A stretch of 64,000 bases of DNA from Trichoplax adhaerens (Eukaryota > Animalia > Placozoa): assembly GCF_000150275.1 (NCBI RefSeq), contig NW_002060957.1, forward strand, positions 1,543,407 to 1,607,406, in the 5' to 3' direction. Positions 1 through 14,965 of this stretch are shown here, piece by piece. Position 1 is the first letter of the stretch, and each line of letters begins with the position of its first letter. A program made the position numbers and the translations under genes. A model generated the notes under the pieces. The model searched no databases and was not told where the DNA came from. It saw only the letters and a list, made by a program, of their open reading frames with translations.

Positions 1-819
1 ATAGGCAATATTCATGGCAAAATAGCTCAAAGAGGTTTCCATGAGTTAGCCAATTGTGACAGTGCTATATACTATATTAGAGTAGAAATAACTATGTTAG
101 GATAATTCTGTTAGACTATCCTTATTTAGTTAACTTCTAATTTGGATATACTGTATTTTAATATAGTACTGACTTTTTATGACAGTGACACTTGTACACA
201 TACTGAAATTAATAGTTATAATAGGGAATGCAAATCATCTGCTTATAGTTCGAATCATTGTGATGGTAATTTACTTATGGTAGATTGTAAATTATCATGG
301 AAATATTCCGTGATAGGACATATCGTAATCTGACTATTCTGTATTAGTCATTACATGTCTATGTTCGTAAATACTGTTGTCTGCATTAAAGGAGCAGTAG
401 CTAAAATTGATATCTAATTCAGTAAATGATTCCAATGTTAATTGTCTTAACTATGACTCATGAACTATTGAGGAATAGTATATAAATGCAGTATATCGTG
501 TAATAAAGTGGATTCTCAAACTTGGTGTTTAACGTAAAATACGAGGCGATTAAGTCTTTGTGTAATCTGCTAGTAGAGCAAAAGTGTTTCTCTTAGTGCA
601 GATATCGTTCCTTGATACGTGGTTCAAGGAATTGACTTATTGATCGTACATTACGTTATCTTGTTGCAAAGCTGTTTTGTGACACCAATCAAACGTGGCA
701 ACTTATTCAAAATGTTTCAAGCATCACTTCCCTTCCACGAAGTCAAACGCAGTTACGAATATGAGCAACAACAAAACTTGAAGTCTACTGCAGCTTCATT
801 TCCATAGTAACGCCGGAAC

Positions 820-1330
820 TACACTGTACACTGTACAGTGTACAGTACTTCAACTTCGCTTGCAGTACGGTAGTGGCGTGCACTGTGCAGAGTGGGTCTC
901 CTTGCCGTTGTTAAAACTCAGTACTGTACTGTGTATACTGTACTGTAGAGTGTGTCACGTTACCTGGACGGTATATTCGCAAAGGATGCTTTCTGATATG
1001 CAGAGGATAACATGTATATCTTATACTGTAAGTAACTTTTTCGAGAGAGAGAAAAGCAAAGAAGACTCCGAGGAAGGTTTCGCTTGAAAGTTCTGTATAC
1101 TGTACTGTACAGCTGACTGAGCGTACTCAGGATACTGTACTGTACCTACTGTATACTGAACGGTACTATTCGCTTGCATTTGGTACTGTTTTGGTACTGT
1201 TCGCTTGCATTTCGCTTACATTCAGATTGCATTTGTGTACTACAGCGGTGTACGACTGTACAGTGTACAGTACAGAGGTGCGAATACATTACTGTACACT
1301 GTACACTGTACACTACAGTATACCGACAAT
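820..1330. repeat. TACAG/CTGTA pentamer-rich low-complexity array upstream of SCAPER (putative promoter)
   Basis: Many degenerate TACAG, CTGTA, CAGTG and CACTG units in both orientations (e.g. acactgtacactgtacagtgtacagtac at ~821-848). These generate the spurious C/T/V/Y-rich ORFs in the track. Confidence 0.85.
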
Positions 1331-1517
1331 TAGCGACAAAGCAAAGCTTGTTGCCAATACAGAATTCTTCACGATCCATTCTAACCAACTGGCATGCCAG
1401 AATTCAAACTTACCACCAATTTGAAGTTAGCCTAATAGTTCATTTTTGCTACCTCTATGGTTAGACAAGGGAGGAATTGATCGACGACTTTCAACATCCA
1501 GTTGTAGCCAAAAAAAA

Positions 1518-4500
1518 ATGCCTTTGAAAAAGAGTCAAATTTTACAGGTGAAATATGCAACTGGATAAGTACGACAGACACAAGCTGATAACCCTAATCG
1601 AGTTTCTCATCCATTCATCAAATAGATAGTAGGCAGGAGGCGTAGGTTAGAATGAGCATCTTTTAGCTTTCATCGACAGTACTGTACAGTATAGCGTCGT
1701 AGAATGCATATCTACAGTAGTGATCCAAAGCAAAATTTTAATTTATTATCCCTATATACAGTATATCTTGTTCATGGCCTCGAGAATGATTTGGATCCAT
1801 TTCACTGCACCTAAAATTGATCCAAGCTTGATTTAGACAATGTGAATTAATCTAGAGGTCAGCTAATGTTGTACTTTATATTGATGACGATAATCATATC
1901 AGCAATGCATCTGCAAAATAAGTAAAAAATACTCTGCTATCCTTACTTTAAGCATTAATTTAGACAAGTTGATATTGTATTTACAGTCGATTATACCAAT
2001 CCAACGATCGAGTACTAGTTCATACCAATGCCCAAAGCTGTCATTGGCACTCTCAGATGCGATCGATTAGATCATCATACTCGTACTCCAATAAAGTTCT
2101 AATAATTGAATGAAGATAGCAATGTATGATATAATCGATGGGAAAGACTTTCATAGCCGATCAAGTAGATGTTGCTTTACTGCTTTAACAGTCTGGATCT
2201 GACCAGTGGAATGATACCAACAAGACATGCAGTAATGTTCGTTAGGAATTGTCTGACTGTTGAAACTTCCTATAATATGAATATAGAATAGAAGTGTGAA
2301 TAGAGTTCAGGAATGCAAGATGCCCTTTTATTTTATCACATGTTGGTAGTAAGAGAGTTTTGCTGTTCTATTTTTACTATAACTTCAATAGTTCGACATT
2401 AATATACTGTACTGCTATGGTAAGAATCAATCAATTGGACTTTGTATGACTCATTCGACATAATTCTCCAATGCCTCCATTGATTGGTTTGACTAGTTTG
2501 TAAATGTTATATGGTTATAGCAATTTCCTAATGGACTGCCTATTCAATTTAATCGATGCCACATTGACAGTAGATCCGAAATCTCTATAACACACCAACT
2601 TTATAAACGAAACAATTTTATTAACGTATGTATATACAAAAATAACCGTCCATTGTAAGCCAATAAATATGCCCACTCTTGACACATTCCTACAATCACT
2701 GCTATGGTCATGTTTAAGTTACATCATAAGCATGCTATCGTCAATATGTAACGCGATCCTAGTTAACTCAGTACAATGTATGATGAAATTTACGGTTGAA
2801 ATACCATTTCATCTACAACTGAACGTATTATCTGAGCAAGCAAGTATCCAATTGCAATACCAAATTCAACTATAGCTGTCATTCGACTAACCCTACTAGA
2901 TTCATTACGGAAATAGCAGACCCTAACCTCGTAATGATAGCCAAATATGTAGCAACTATTAGAGATAGTTGAATTATACGAAAAGCACAATTGCAATCTA
3001 GGTTTTAAATTGATATCGGATAACCATGTTCTTGTAATTAATCATCTAGTCAATCATACATATTATATTCGCCCTATTGCATATTATTTGCCGCAAGGCC
3101 CAATATAGTCCTTCAGTGCATATATTTCGTTAACGTCTCTTCAAAATGGCAATGGCGGAGGTATCTTTATCAATATTAAGGTTCATAATATTGGACTTGA
3201 TAGTAAGTATTGAATCTCTCAAGCCTGTAAACAATGATTGTAACTATGAAAAATTGAACAGAGCTAACTTTATATCTTCATAAACATAGCCCCTCTCGTG
3301 TCGAACCCAATAAGTGATATTGTAATCCATCAACTTTTTTAAAAATAATTTCTCATATAAAATAAATAAATATTTTTATAGTCTAGTAGCAAGCATTAAC
3401 AATAACATCATTATAGAAACAAATGATCGAAGAAGTTACTTAATCGGCTCATATCATATTCATTACTGTAGTTGATGTATTTTAAATTTACTCGCTAGAA
3501 AATTAATAATTAGTTATGCCTATGGAACAAAATTATAGACAGAGGAAGAAGAGAGTGATACCAACCAGCAATCCAGCAGCGACTCTTCTTTACAAAGTAT
3601 TATCAGCAGACATAACCTAAAAGCAAGATATTGGTCTTACTTATTTGATAATCTAAATCGGGCTGTTGATGAAATTTATTGCGTTTGCGAGAATGATGAA
3701 AATATTAATGGTTGTCAGGTAACCAATCTCATGGTAGTTTGTGTCGTAAGATCATCTCAGAGTAACCTTAACGTATTTACGCCTATAACGAAATTCGGTT
3801 GCTTTAGTTAGCACCAAAAGAACAATGCAAAAAACCTAAGTTATAAAGTTTGAATTATAAGTAATTATGAACTACGATAGAGTTTCCATTATACGCGTAT
3901 TTAGATAGTATGGCGAAATGATGTGTATATTATTGATATCATAATATTAATAAACAATTCATATGCATATGATCGGCAGGAAGTCATTATGACATTAGAT
4001 ATATGCAAGAAAGATTTTAATGCATTAGTTGAAAGAATTCACTTACAAACAGAATTTGAAGTTGCAGATTCAAAGTATGTATTCAATTATTGTTTTTAAA
4101 TATTTTGGTCACACAATTTTATACTTTACTATAGTAAAAAGTGTAAGCGTATGTAACATGCTGTTTTAACCATCGATTCAATATATCCTCATAGACCAAC
4201 ATCTTTAGCCTGGGAAGTCAGAAAATCCTCTCCCGGTAAATCTTTTTCTATGGATGGTAGTAGAAGAAGCTCAGAACGTACTAGCAGTAGTAGCAGTAAC
4301 AGACTATCAATGGGTTCTGCCCGGAAAATTAATTTTGACATAAAAGAAAGCGATGGACAACAGAACGCTGCTGTAGAAATGCCATTAGCCAAAGATGATA
4401 GCAATCCACGCCTTGAAGTTGTACACGAAAGGACCACCTGGGCTGATAGAGTGAAAAATAAAGGCAGTGTTATCAAAGAGGTACGAAAAGTCATTCAGTT

Positions 4501-7500
4501 TCTTTTTTTACCAGGCTAATACATTACTTTATTAACCGATACTTTAGTTTCTTAATTATCATAGTGAAAATTATGTATTCGAATGTTGGTAATAGAATGT
4601 GTATCTCAGTTTAGTAAGCGACGACAGTAAATTAGACATTTTGCTATACTGTAGGTAGTAACTACGGAGTCGCAAACAAAAAAAGACAATGATTCTATCG
4701 ATAACGATGGTGAATGGACCCTCGTACACCACGGGAAATCTAAGCGTACCCGTAAGATATTACTTGCATTTTTGCCTATTATTGAAACTGTATAATGACC
4801 TCAAATTGTAAAAATATAATTTAGCTTTCTGATTATATGATCAAATAATCAATTTTGAAGTCAATTTTCTGAATCTTCTTACAGGGAGTAACCAACAATC
4901 AGATTCTGTTAGAAATGAAACAGACTTGCAAAAACTTCAGGTGTACTTTACTTTTGATTTAAATACTTTATGCAGTATTATGGCCTAGTAATGTGACGGC
5001 GTTTCTAAACGATGTTAGGATGATTACGGCGATGAAGACATTATCCCATTTTTAGAAGCCAATGGTAGTTTATCAATAATATATGACTTATTCTTGCTTT
5101 GGTGAAATGAATTTTAAGATCCTGGAGTAAAGTTTGCTATTTTTTATTGAAGACGAATTCAGAAATCTCAGTTTGACAGATAGAATGGAACTTCTAGATG
5201 TTGATTCCAATGTTAGACCTCCAGGTAGGGTCATTGAAATTCATCAAAAACTGTCGTCCCCAAGGAAAAGGTATATTCTAATAAATTTAGCATTTAATAG
5301 TTAATTAAAACAGCCATAAACTGAAAGCTACCATATTATTGGCTATAAAATTGATTCAGTATACATGACTTATCAGCATTTTATTGCTTATCGATGTAAT
5401 TACAGACCTCTTGATGAAACTAAGCGAATTCAAGACGAACGCCAAGTCAGTAATACATTTGGCTGCAGTTGATGTGCTTAATTCCGTCATATATTATAAA
5501 CATCTATTTGGCTATTTAAATTGATAAAAATTACATCGATTAAATAACATATGCATGACGTCACATAATAGATGAAAGCTGCGGAGCGAAGAAATTATAA
5601 TCAAAAAGAAAGATTAAAAAAAGTAAAATCAACCTTAGAAAAGGTATATTTTTGTTAGTGCTAAACAAAATTCATACTAGGATTATGACGAATTGTTGTA
5701 GAAATACTGATATGAAATACTACTAATTTTATATTTAGGGGAAAAAAATTCGACAGCAGCAAGAAGAGATGCAGCGACAAAAGAAAGAATACTTTGAAAA
5801 GAAGCATACAACAGCTGAACAAAAGAGACTTGATCAACTACGAGAAATAGTACGAAAGGCTCAGGAAGAAGATGCCAAAGTCAGTTAAAGATGCAATGTC
5901 TAATAAGAGCGCTTAGACGTGAATTATCTACGTAGTTTGCATACGTGTGCTTGAATATTTATTACTATAATGTAAATCATGTTCTACAGATTAGTGAGAT
6001 TGCGTTTATTAATTCATTGGAAGCCCAAAATAAGAGGATTGAAGTATTTTCGAGACATCAGGTGTGAGCACGAATGATGTAATCATAATTTAACACTTCA
6101 ATGACTTACTGCTAATTCTGATAAAACGGTATTGATTTGCAATTTATGATACAAAAATATTTCTTAGAATCACAAAGCACGTTTGAAGGACATTCAGGTT
6201 GAAAAGAATTCATCTTAAATAATGAAGTAATGCAGTTGTCAACTTTGAATTACTAGTACAATTTCTGCTATTTAATGTAACTCGATAGACCGAGAGGCAA
6301 AGAAAATTCGAAGAACAAGCTGCAAAGGAAGAAGCTGCGCTGGTTAGTTCGAGTAAAGTTTAGATATCTTGACCTAATTTAATACTGTCAATGATTAACT
6401 AAGTTATCTATGATCCTATACATTTTAGGAGCGACGACGTGCCTTGGAAGCCGAAAGGCAATTTAAATTAGAAGAGTTGCGACTAAAAAAATTAGAAAAG
6501 GTAAAGGTGTTAACAATTCTTAACATTGTTCAAACAATCTATAGTAACTCTGCATGGACCTACTTATCACGGTAAATTTTCAATTTGCTGACTTATTGAA
6601 ACGCTTTAACTTACCTTTAGGAGGCCAAAGTAGAACTTCAACGGCAGGAACGTGATAAGGCTAGAAGTGATGCCCTGAAGGAGAAAGCACGGTAGAATTA
6701 TTACCGCGATAAGATCTATGCCGTAAATTATTGCATAAAAAGTTTACGCCGTATCAATTCTATAAATATTCACTGTAGCGACCGAGAACAAAAAAAATCA
6801 GCGCTCCATGCTGCTCTAGCAACTTCAGCTAAAGAACTTCAAAAAAGGATTGAGCAAAAGGTTAAACAATTACCGTCTCTGAGTAAAGTGTGCGCATAAA
6901 TATCATTCTATTAAATGAATAAGCTTTCATTACCGATAGAAAATAATAAGTCCACTGATTTAAAATCATTGCTCTAAATGCTTAAAATATTGGAATATTT
7001 CTATTTAAATAGCATACTGAGAGTAACAAACGGCACGAAATGTTAATTGAACAAAAGAAAGAAAAGGTTAAATTCTATATTTAATATTTGCATGTCTGAT
7101 TAATACGTATATCATCGTAGCTAAAACGAGAATTTAGACTAAGTGTTTCTTGACGTAAGTGTAATGTTGTTATTCCTAATACTGTAGGCAGCTACTTCTT
7201 ATCGTCCAATGTCCTCGGATTATGTTCCTAACGTTGCTCCCTATGAATGTAAAAAATTTTGTTCACTTTGCAAAGTTCAGGTACATGTACATTTATACAT
7301 TTATTGGCCATAATGCCTTCAATATTCAATTAATGTGATATACTGGCGCCTTGGTTATGTCAATATTTCTGTATTGAAAACAAGGCATACCTTAATTGGC
7401 TTAGAGGTGAATCTTAATTATAACAACTACATATTTATTATAAAAAATCAGATTATGTCTGAAGTATATCTTCTTAGCCATTTACGAGGAAAAATTCACA

Positions 7501-10500
7501 GAGAAGCTTTGTATGGAGACAATAACAAAGAATTTTGCCTGGATGACATTGTAAAAATAAAGCTTTTGATGTACCTGTTATCATCGATTTGATATAAGTT
7601 CTCGCAAAAATGAAATATCCATTGATTAACATTCCTATGTTTTTCACTGTTATTTTAGTTTACGGAATCAATGAACTACATCGTCGACGTTCAAAGCGAT
7701 ATGGATGAGCAAAGCGCAAATGAAAGTAAACTACGACAACAATCTTGGAAAAAGAAAGCCAAGAAAATTAAGCAAAGATTAAATTCAAAGTAATATATAG
7801 AGAAGAGTGATCATATTTGTTACTCTAGCTTTATTTTTTTATCAACGTTTGTATGTGCAGAACCAAAGTGAAGCTAGTGGACAAAAAAGCACTAACGGCT
7901 GGAAACTCAACCAAGTAGGACAACACTGATAAGTTTTCAGTGAATATCCCTAATGACTGATTATCGATAAATGTTAACTTCCGGAAAATATTCTGCAGGA
8001 CAACCAAAATTATAAAAGATTTAGAAAAAGCTATCAAGTCCGTGAGCGACTGCACCGAACTTAATCAATCGCAATGTAATCTTATAGAAAAGTGCTTAAG
8101 AGAACTTAAGTCGATACTAAAGTCAAAGGTATATTATCAATACCATTATCAATACCATCAACTTATCCTGCCACAAGCAATGATTAAAACTCGTAGATTA
8201 AAACTAATTTTATTTTAAACGTAAATGTCACTTTGTAGATATCTAAGACTGAAGTTGTTGCCTTCAAAAACAATAATGGCATTACTTTAATATGTAAACT
8301 GTTAGCTATGTTTGGAAATCAAGCCTCTAATCCGGTCTTTAGGAAGTAATTTCATGCGTTATATTAACATTAAAATGATCAGTTTTGATCGAACAGCCGT
8401 ATGTAACATCTCATATTAACGGTATGAAATCCTAATTGCGTTGCAGGTATGTAAATGGCTTTACGGAAGTAGTTATTCTCATTTGTTGGGACAATTTAGA
8501 CGCGTGTATGGAGTTCATTTTAAGTGGCGAAGTGATCTCATTAATTGATATTTTAATGAAAAGATTTCAGGTAGGCTACATGTTGTTATTATTATTATGG
8601 CTAAGGCAATCGCTACTTAAGATACCCTCTAGTATATCAGAGTTGAGGTACTCAATAAATTTACGTTGACCTAGCTGTATTGAAAGACATGAAATTGGAT
8701 TGTTGTTACTCTAACGACCCTTACCACAAATTAGTGTTTCCAAAATTAATTTCTAAATAAATGTAATTTAAAATTAGGTAATAAACTTAGAAGGAAAGGG
8801 AAGTTCCGAAGGGAAGCAAAAGCAAAAATTATCCCCTTATTGTCCTATAGCGCATAATTTTTTAAGTCTGTTATCAGCGATATTTACAAGTTTGATAAGG
8901 AATGACTGCAAGAGTGTGACCATATCGGAAAATGTATCGCTTTATCAACGAGCATTGGACTGTATTAGGTGTGTAAATTAATGTCCCTAAACAACTTTGT
9001 AAATAAGGGATAACGTAGGTAAAAATTGATGGCTATTTTATTATTATTAATAAATGCTTCAGCTACATTGTTTGCGTTGGAATTATCGATGCTCTAAAAT
9101 CTTTCTTTGGCTTGGTATATAACTCTATACTTGTTGATAATGGAGTATTAGAATTGTCACACGAATGCATTAAATTTCTGCTCGAGTTGTCAAGTTACCT
9201 TATTGAAAGGTATGCTTATCACGGATGTTGACTATCATTAGGATAATCAAAATAAGGAGAAATTTTGCTTACGGAATTATTTATTAAACTAAGGCCAAGA
9301 ACAATATTCAAGAATAAAAAATTTCAAGATAACTGTAATCTGTTAACCGCTTTCAAAGAAACACAATTTGTTGGTTAGTTACTAAGCTTGAAATTAAAAC
9401 TACCGAAAGATTCATGTTTAATGTTAACCTGCATTTTGCGGGAGAAAGGCTCTAAGTTGGATTCACACTCAAACTATTCTTTTATGCTAAAAAGGAACAG
9501 TATCACTGCTATACGCTATTTTGTTAGCAAATGGTCCTCCACGACGAGCATCTGATCCTCCAAAGTTATGTTCTCGTATTCATAATCTAATAAAGACTTC
9601 AATTGAATTGCTGAATTGTGTTGCAGTATTAGATCTAGATTTGTTTCAGGTAATTTTTGATACGGATTAAAACAGATTCAAAGCTGATAAAAAAGTTTAT
9701 TTGAATTGCAATCAATCATAGTCTATTCTAGGCCAAGAAGGAATATCCTTAGAATATCGTCATGTTATGGTCTATTTACTATGGTATTTAACTGATTTTT
9801 TACAGATTATTCGACATAGATTTACTTTTTAGACATAATTAAGTGACAGCTATAACGATTTAAATTTCTTATTTAAAATTTGCTCAAGATATGTTTAGTA
9901 GATTAGCTATTTTACACTGTGTTCTTAACGCTTATTTCCTTAAGGGTATAAGGAGAGAAATTAAAAATGTACATGAAGCTGAATAAGTTATCTGTTTACA
10001 TTGTTAATACTATCCTATAGGCATTTCAGTTTTCACAAGGATGATGCATTATTGCAAGATATTATTATGAACATTGGATACTACTCAATTCTTAACAACG
10101 ACAATCAAACATTTATTCAAGCTAGTCGTAGCCCAACCATTCTTCAATTACTTTGTGCTTTACCTTTTGACTACTTTAGTAATCCAAGGTAATTATGTTA
10201 GTTTTATCATTAATAATCTCGGTTAGTTGACATATATTAGATAATTTGGTTGGTAGATATAGTTTAGACTTCGTTCCCTCAGAACGCATTGTTTCACTAA
10301 GCTTTCTTTTAATGAACTTAGGTTAAAAGATGTTTTGTTTCCAACGTTAATGGCCTTATGCTTTAGAAATTATGATAATAAAGCTATTTTGGATCAAGAA
10401 AGTAGCAGCTCTTTCTTAGCAGAATATATTACCGTAAAATCTCCTTTATTCAATATTTTCCACACTTTTTAATAAATGTATAATTGCTGTTAAAAAAATT

Positions 10501-10750
10501 TACACCTCGTTCTTATAGGGTTACCAATGTAAGAATAAGGGGTCAGAAAAGAAGACGGAGGAAAAGAAAGGTTTAATCAGATTTACTTAGCTTTGGTTAG
10601 CTACAGCGAGAGATTTCTGAATACTATTCGATACTAAAAGCGCATATCTGCATTTATCACATTATAGATGATTTAGTGTCACTTCCATCACGGTTTCCGT
10701 CCAGTTATTGGCTAGAGGCATGCCATTTCTTCTCATCAACCGCTAGCTAA
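1518..10750 (+). CDS. SCAPER: SCAPER (S-phase cyclin A-associated protein in the ER), multi-exon
   Basis: Exon 3539-3718 encodes LKARYWSYLFDNLNRAVDEIYCVCE (SCAPER_N). Later exons give PTSLAWEVRKSSPG, RPPGRVIEIHQKLSSPRKR, a long K/E-rich coiled coil, a C2H2 finger (KKFCSLCKVQ|IMSEVYLLSHLRGKIH, ~7250-7500) and LLQLLCALPFDYFSNPR-like ILQLLCALPFDYFSNP. Last exon 10668-10750 is DLVSLPSRFPSSYWLEACHFFSSTAS*. The first exon 1518-1547 (MPLKKSQILQ, phase 0) is only a frame-compatible guess. Confidence 0.93.
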
Positions 10751-13570
10751 ATATATGGATAATCTCATTACAATTAATTATATTATTTATGCAGCACACA
10801 TAGCCTGTTCGACAATTTACTTCATGTATCACCTTGAATATGATACGTTGGAAAAATTTACTAAGAGAAAGAACACACATCAAACGCTCGATATATAATA
10901 TCGTTGATGCTAACATAAGAAAAGTATTGCTTATGTAAAACTGGATAAGATAGTAATTCTCCGAATAATTTACAGTCCGCGAGGATATACGATAGTTTAT
11001 ATTTAGGTCATATAATTGATATTTTTTCAAATGTAACAGTGACCACTAGTAACCGCCCTAATTTTAGGCCTGTCAATGATGTAGAGTATGTTAATAACAA
11101 TACCTCTACCGATTATGGTTGGCACAACTATGTACATATGTGGTATTTCAAATCGTATAGCTGGCAATAAATCAAGTTTATATTAATAATAAAAACTATG
11201 CCATAAAGATATGCAAGGAAGTGAGCTCGATTATGTAGTATAATCGCGGTTAACCAAGTTCTTGACAAACGGATAAATTTAAAGTCTAATTAATTGACAA
11301 AATTATCATCTATAGATAATCAGTTGTACGCCACTGTATTTTGATAGCGTCTTAAGTTTAGGTTTATAATAAAGGGTCTTTAACATTTAGTAAAGTAAAG
11401 ATAGACACGTCGGGATTAACTTCAGAAATCTTATTAAATTGTACTTTCAAGCACCTTAAAAAATATGTTATACTCCATCATCGTAGATACATCATTTTTG
11501 GCCCACTAACGACTACCTGAGAAAGGAACATTCGGCATTATTTTGCAAAATATAGCATCGTGCATTTTTCCTTTGAATGCATAAAATTTTATCTGAATAT
11601 GCTCAACAAAACGCTCTTGTAGTTTTTTCACAATTATTTAGCGATCTTACTTACAAACTAACAAAACAGATAAATGGCTTTAATATATGCTGCTTAACGG
11701 GCCAAATTATAGATGATTCGAAGATAGCATAAGTTGAATTGGATAAATACATTGCAGTGAATTTTATAGTTCATTGATTTAATTTTACCTTTGCAATATC
11801 TTTCTGATCGAAGCAATTGCGCGGAAAGATTCTATTATGGATATTGCAATTACAAATTATTGCCCTAATTGATTAAATTAGCTAGCTAAGATCTATTCCA
11901 GTACTCTATTACTGTTTAGGTGATTCTATTTTCATGATTACTACTGCAAGCAATCAAACAAGGCACCAGTATTATTAAATATTACTAACAGTCGGCAAAA
12001 CTAGAAATGCGATTGTTAATACGTCTATTACTCTAATTGAAGATATATTTGGTCACAAATTATTTGGCAGCGAATTCTTGCTTGCTCTAAATCATTTATT
12101 AAGTATACAAAATGCTGTAATTACAGGTTAACTACAACGTTGTTACTGCACGCCATATATCAGTACATCTTTAAACTATATCTAACATAATCAATAAATT
12201 GGAGTATTCATTTGATGATAATAGATATTTCATAATAATTATAACGATAAAAATTATAATATTCTTATAAATGGGCAACCGCACTGCAATTTATCCATGA
12301 TTTGTACGGTAATACTACTACTTATCTTAAATCATACAAGCTAATATTACTTTAGATAAATTAGCTAATTATAACTATTGTTGTAAAGTGGTTACATATT
12401 ATTCTAACGTTAATAATTATAATTTCACCAGAAATTGAAGACATTAAATCTATAATCTCCGCCCATAATTAACAAACTTGTTAAAATGATCTTCTACGGA
12501 GAAAAATAAAGGGAATTTAGGTTATAACACTATAGCAACAGACATTATTTCAAACAAGACTTTATCTGGTTAAAGACATCAAATGTTTAGGTTGCATAAG
12601 TAACACTTTATATTTAGTAAGTAAGTAAAGGTAGCTATAATATTTAACAAATGTAGTAAAGTTTTTGTCTTTCTTTCGACTAAATATATTAGCAGGCTGC
12701 ATTCAAATTCTCCATGGTGTTAACTATAATCTGTATGGAATGTATGATGTCTTTACTAGATAACTTTTCATCCCCTTAATAACCTAAAATTGCGTCTTTC
12801 ACCTTATTTAGCTGAGAACAGATAAACTCAAATTAAGCTATCAGTTTATTTGTACAATAAACAAAAAATGGTACAAAAACATAAAAATAAAACTGCTCAA
12901 TAAATAATCTGCACTATGTTGTCAAAGTAAGTTTATTGTACGGCTTCACGAATATTTAGTAACGGTTCCTTATTTAATAGTGAAACAATGAATGATGTCC
13001 ACTGATAACAAGAGTAAAGAGGTAAAACAAGATATGGTCTAAGAAATACATAATTAATGATAAACATAAGATGCCTTAGTGGGCGATAGTGATTCTTGAA
13101 ATCACTACATGGTTAATAAATGATAAACAAGACAAAAGATAAAATAAATTAACTGAAAAAGAAACGATGAATACGATAATCAAGATTTAGATATGTAATG
13201 TAGAGAGAAATAGATTGGTTTATTGTACTGTTTTTCTATTCTGATAGCTTCTACGCATTTTTTTTTATTGAGTGCAATAAAATTGACTATTTATCTTAAT
13301 ATTAACCTGCTTAACTGTTATCGTGAAAAGTCGAATAAGAATACGATATGGTAGACAGTATTGCAAAGAGCAATCCTTTAAACTAATTTCCATCTTGATC
13401 AAAATCATATTAAATTAGATTGGGGGTTCTGATAAGATTAAGTAGAGTTTGTCTTCGAAAGATTTAGATAAATAGGCATTCTATAATAAATTGTATTAGA
13501 AGCGGCTCATGTTTTCAATGAATCAGCAATATTTTCAATCAAATTACAGAATCAACTCAAATGTTAAGCG

Positions 13571-13624
13571 TGTGTTTGGTTTAAAGTTTAATTTCCATTA
13601 GTTTGAACGGGTAGTTCACCAGTA
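13571..13624 (+). repeat. Dispersed ~50-bp repeat, copy A
   Basis: tgtgtttggtttaaagtttaatttccattagtttgaacgggtagttcaccagta aligns by eye with the reverse complement of 19490-19543 and with 26443-26476. Confidence 0.55.
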
Positions 13625-13957
13625 CATATAATCATAGTAAAGAAATTTTAGACTGGTTCCTTATAGCGGAACAACCGTTAAACATGATAAAGTCACGTTG
13701 CAAAATGGTGACAACTGTGTTGTATAGCAGCCTAGAAGTAATAAAAGAGGATAATCTGTAACATAATTCTACAAATGCAGCTCTAGGTGTATTCGAAACT
13801 AATAAATTCATTTATATCGGTATTAATTGTGGTAGAAATTGCTGTAGCTGTCACAGAGTTGGGGTCTAATTTTAAAAAATCATAAATATTGCATCGAATT
13901 ATCAAGAAGAATGAATTTTAGTGCAACAAAATTGATTTAAAATTATGCTAGAATGAA

Positions 13958-14965
13958 TTAGTAATTAACGCGCCTTACTCCTTCTTTAGCTGCTTGCCAC
14001 TGATAATTATTGTTTTCACTTTCCGGTAATGATTCTGTAGAAATTGAAAGTTTCTTACAGCAATATAAAGACAGTGTTTCAGAAAGATGGCCAAAATCAA
14101 TTACGTCTTGATGAAGTGCTAGAGTCTTTTCACTCCCATTATCGTTGCAATTCTTATCTTTCCAGTAGATTTTAACGCGAGAAAAGCTACCAAGCCTAGC
14201 TGTCACGCTCTATGTTTATTATATTTCATCAATTAAACAAACATTCTTATGCAGTGTGAGTTTATTAGAAAATTCGTACATCATTTATTTAATAAGCTGA
14301 TCTAAATAGATGTGAAATATTAGCTCCATCTCCAATTAATCGGTATGCTGCAATTAACTAAATTCACTCAACTTACACTTGGCTCTGTAACAACAAAAAC
14401 TGCACCAGCATTGATGAAGCCATGTGCAATTAAATTCGATTGTAAAGAATCCACAGCTAAGGCAGTATCTTTAAGTATTTGCAAAATTTGCGTTGGTTGT
14501 AAAATTTTGGACTCAAGTTCCATTAAATGACTTAATATAGAAACATTTTGCCCCTTAGTTGCGTAGCATGTTATTCTAGTAAAATAAAATTCAAAGCTTG
14601 TAAATGGCGAAAATGATTAGGTAGTACCCTCACGAATTCAACCGTTAACTGTACTTTCAATCAGTCAAGATTATTTCAAAAAATACGCATTAATAAAATT
14701 CTAAGTTTTGCGTTATGGCTAATATTATTTACAATTTTCCCTGTATATCGATGTTGACCAATTCATCATTTACCATTTGACATTTGCCACCATTAATCAA
14801 CCTCAAACACTTGGCAATATTTTGTAACCTAAGATTACGCCGTTTTATAGCAATATAGAATTGCATCTCATTTTTCCAGCATTTTATTTCATCCTTAGAA
14901 TACATTTTTAATAATTCGAACGGACAGGCCTTAGTATTTGTTTCTTGCTCAACCAATAAATAGCT
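13958..14965 (-). CDS. Three in-frame exons encoding a degenerate (pseudo)kinase domain; probable C-terminal tail of the upstream GPCR
   Basis: Exons 14965-14733, 14575-14377 and 14209-13958 have canonical AG/GT ends and matching phases (0/2/0). Translation: ELLKMYSKDEIKCWKNEMQFY..RNLRLQNIAKCL (beta3-Lys, alphaC-Glu), ILQILKDTALAVDSLQSNLIAHGFINAGAVFV (alphaE and catalytic-loop position), VTARLGSFSRVK (DFG position), HQDVIDFGHL (subdomain IX). Confidence 0.7.

Noticed and set aside
1-800. Divergent gene to the left of the SCAPER promoter
   Set aside because: Some splice-like signals on the minus strand, but no consistent reading frame or recognisable protein.
860-1464. Overlapping C/T/V/Y/Q-rich ORFs (also 20627-20839, 60653-60877, 61039-61356)
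   Set aside because: Translation artefacts of the stop-poor TACAG/CTGTA arrays; open on both strands and in several frames.
4189-4494. 101-aa minus-strand ORF (also 7831-8055, 14345-14530, 23165-23359, 23591-23785, 59922-60233, 62240-62494)
   Set aside because: Antisense shadows of real exons on the opposite strand.
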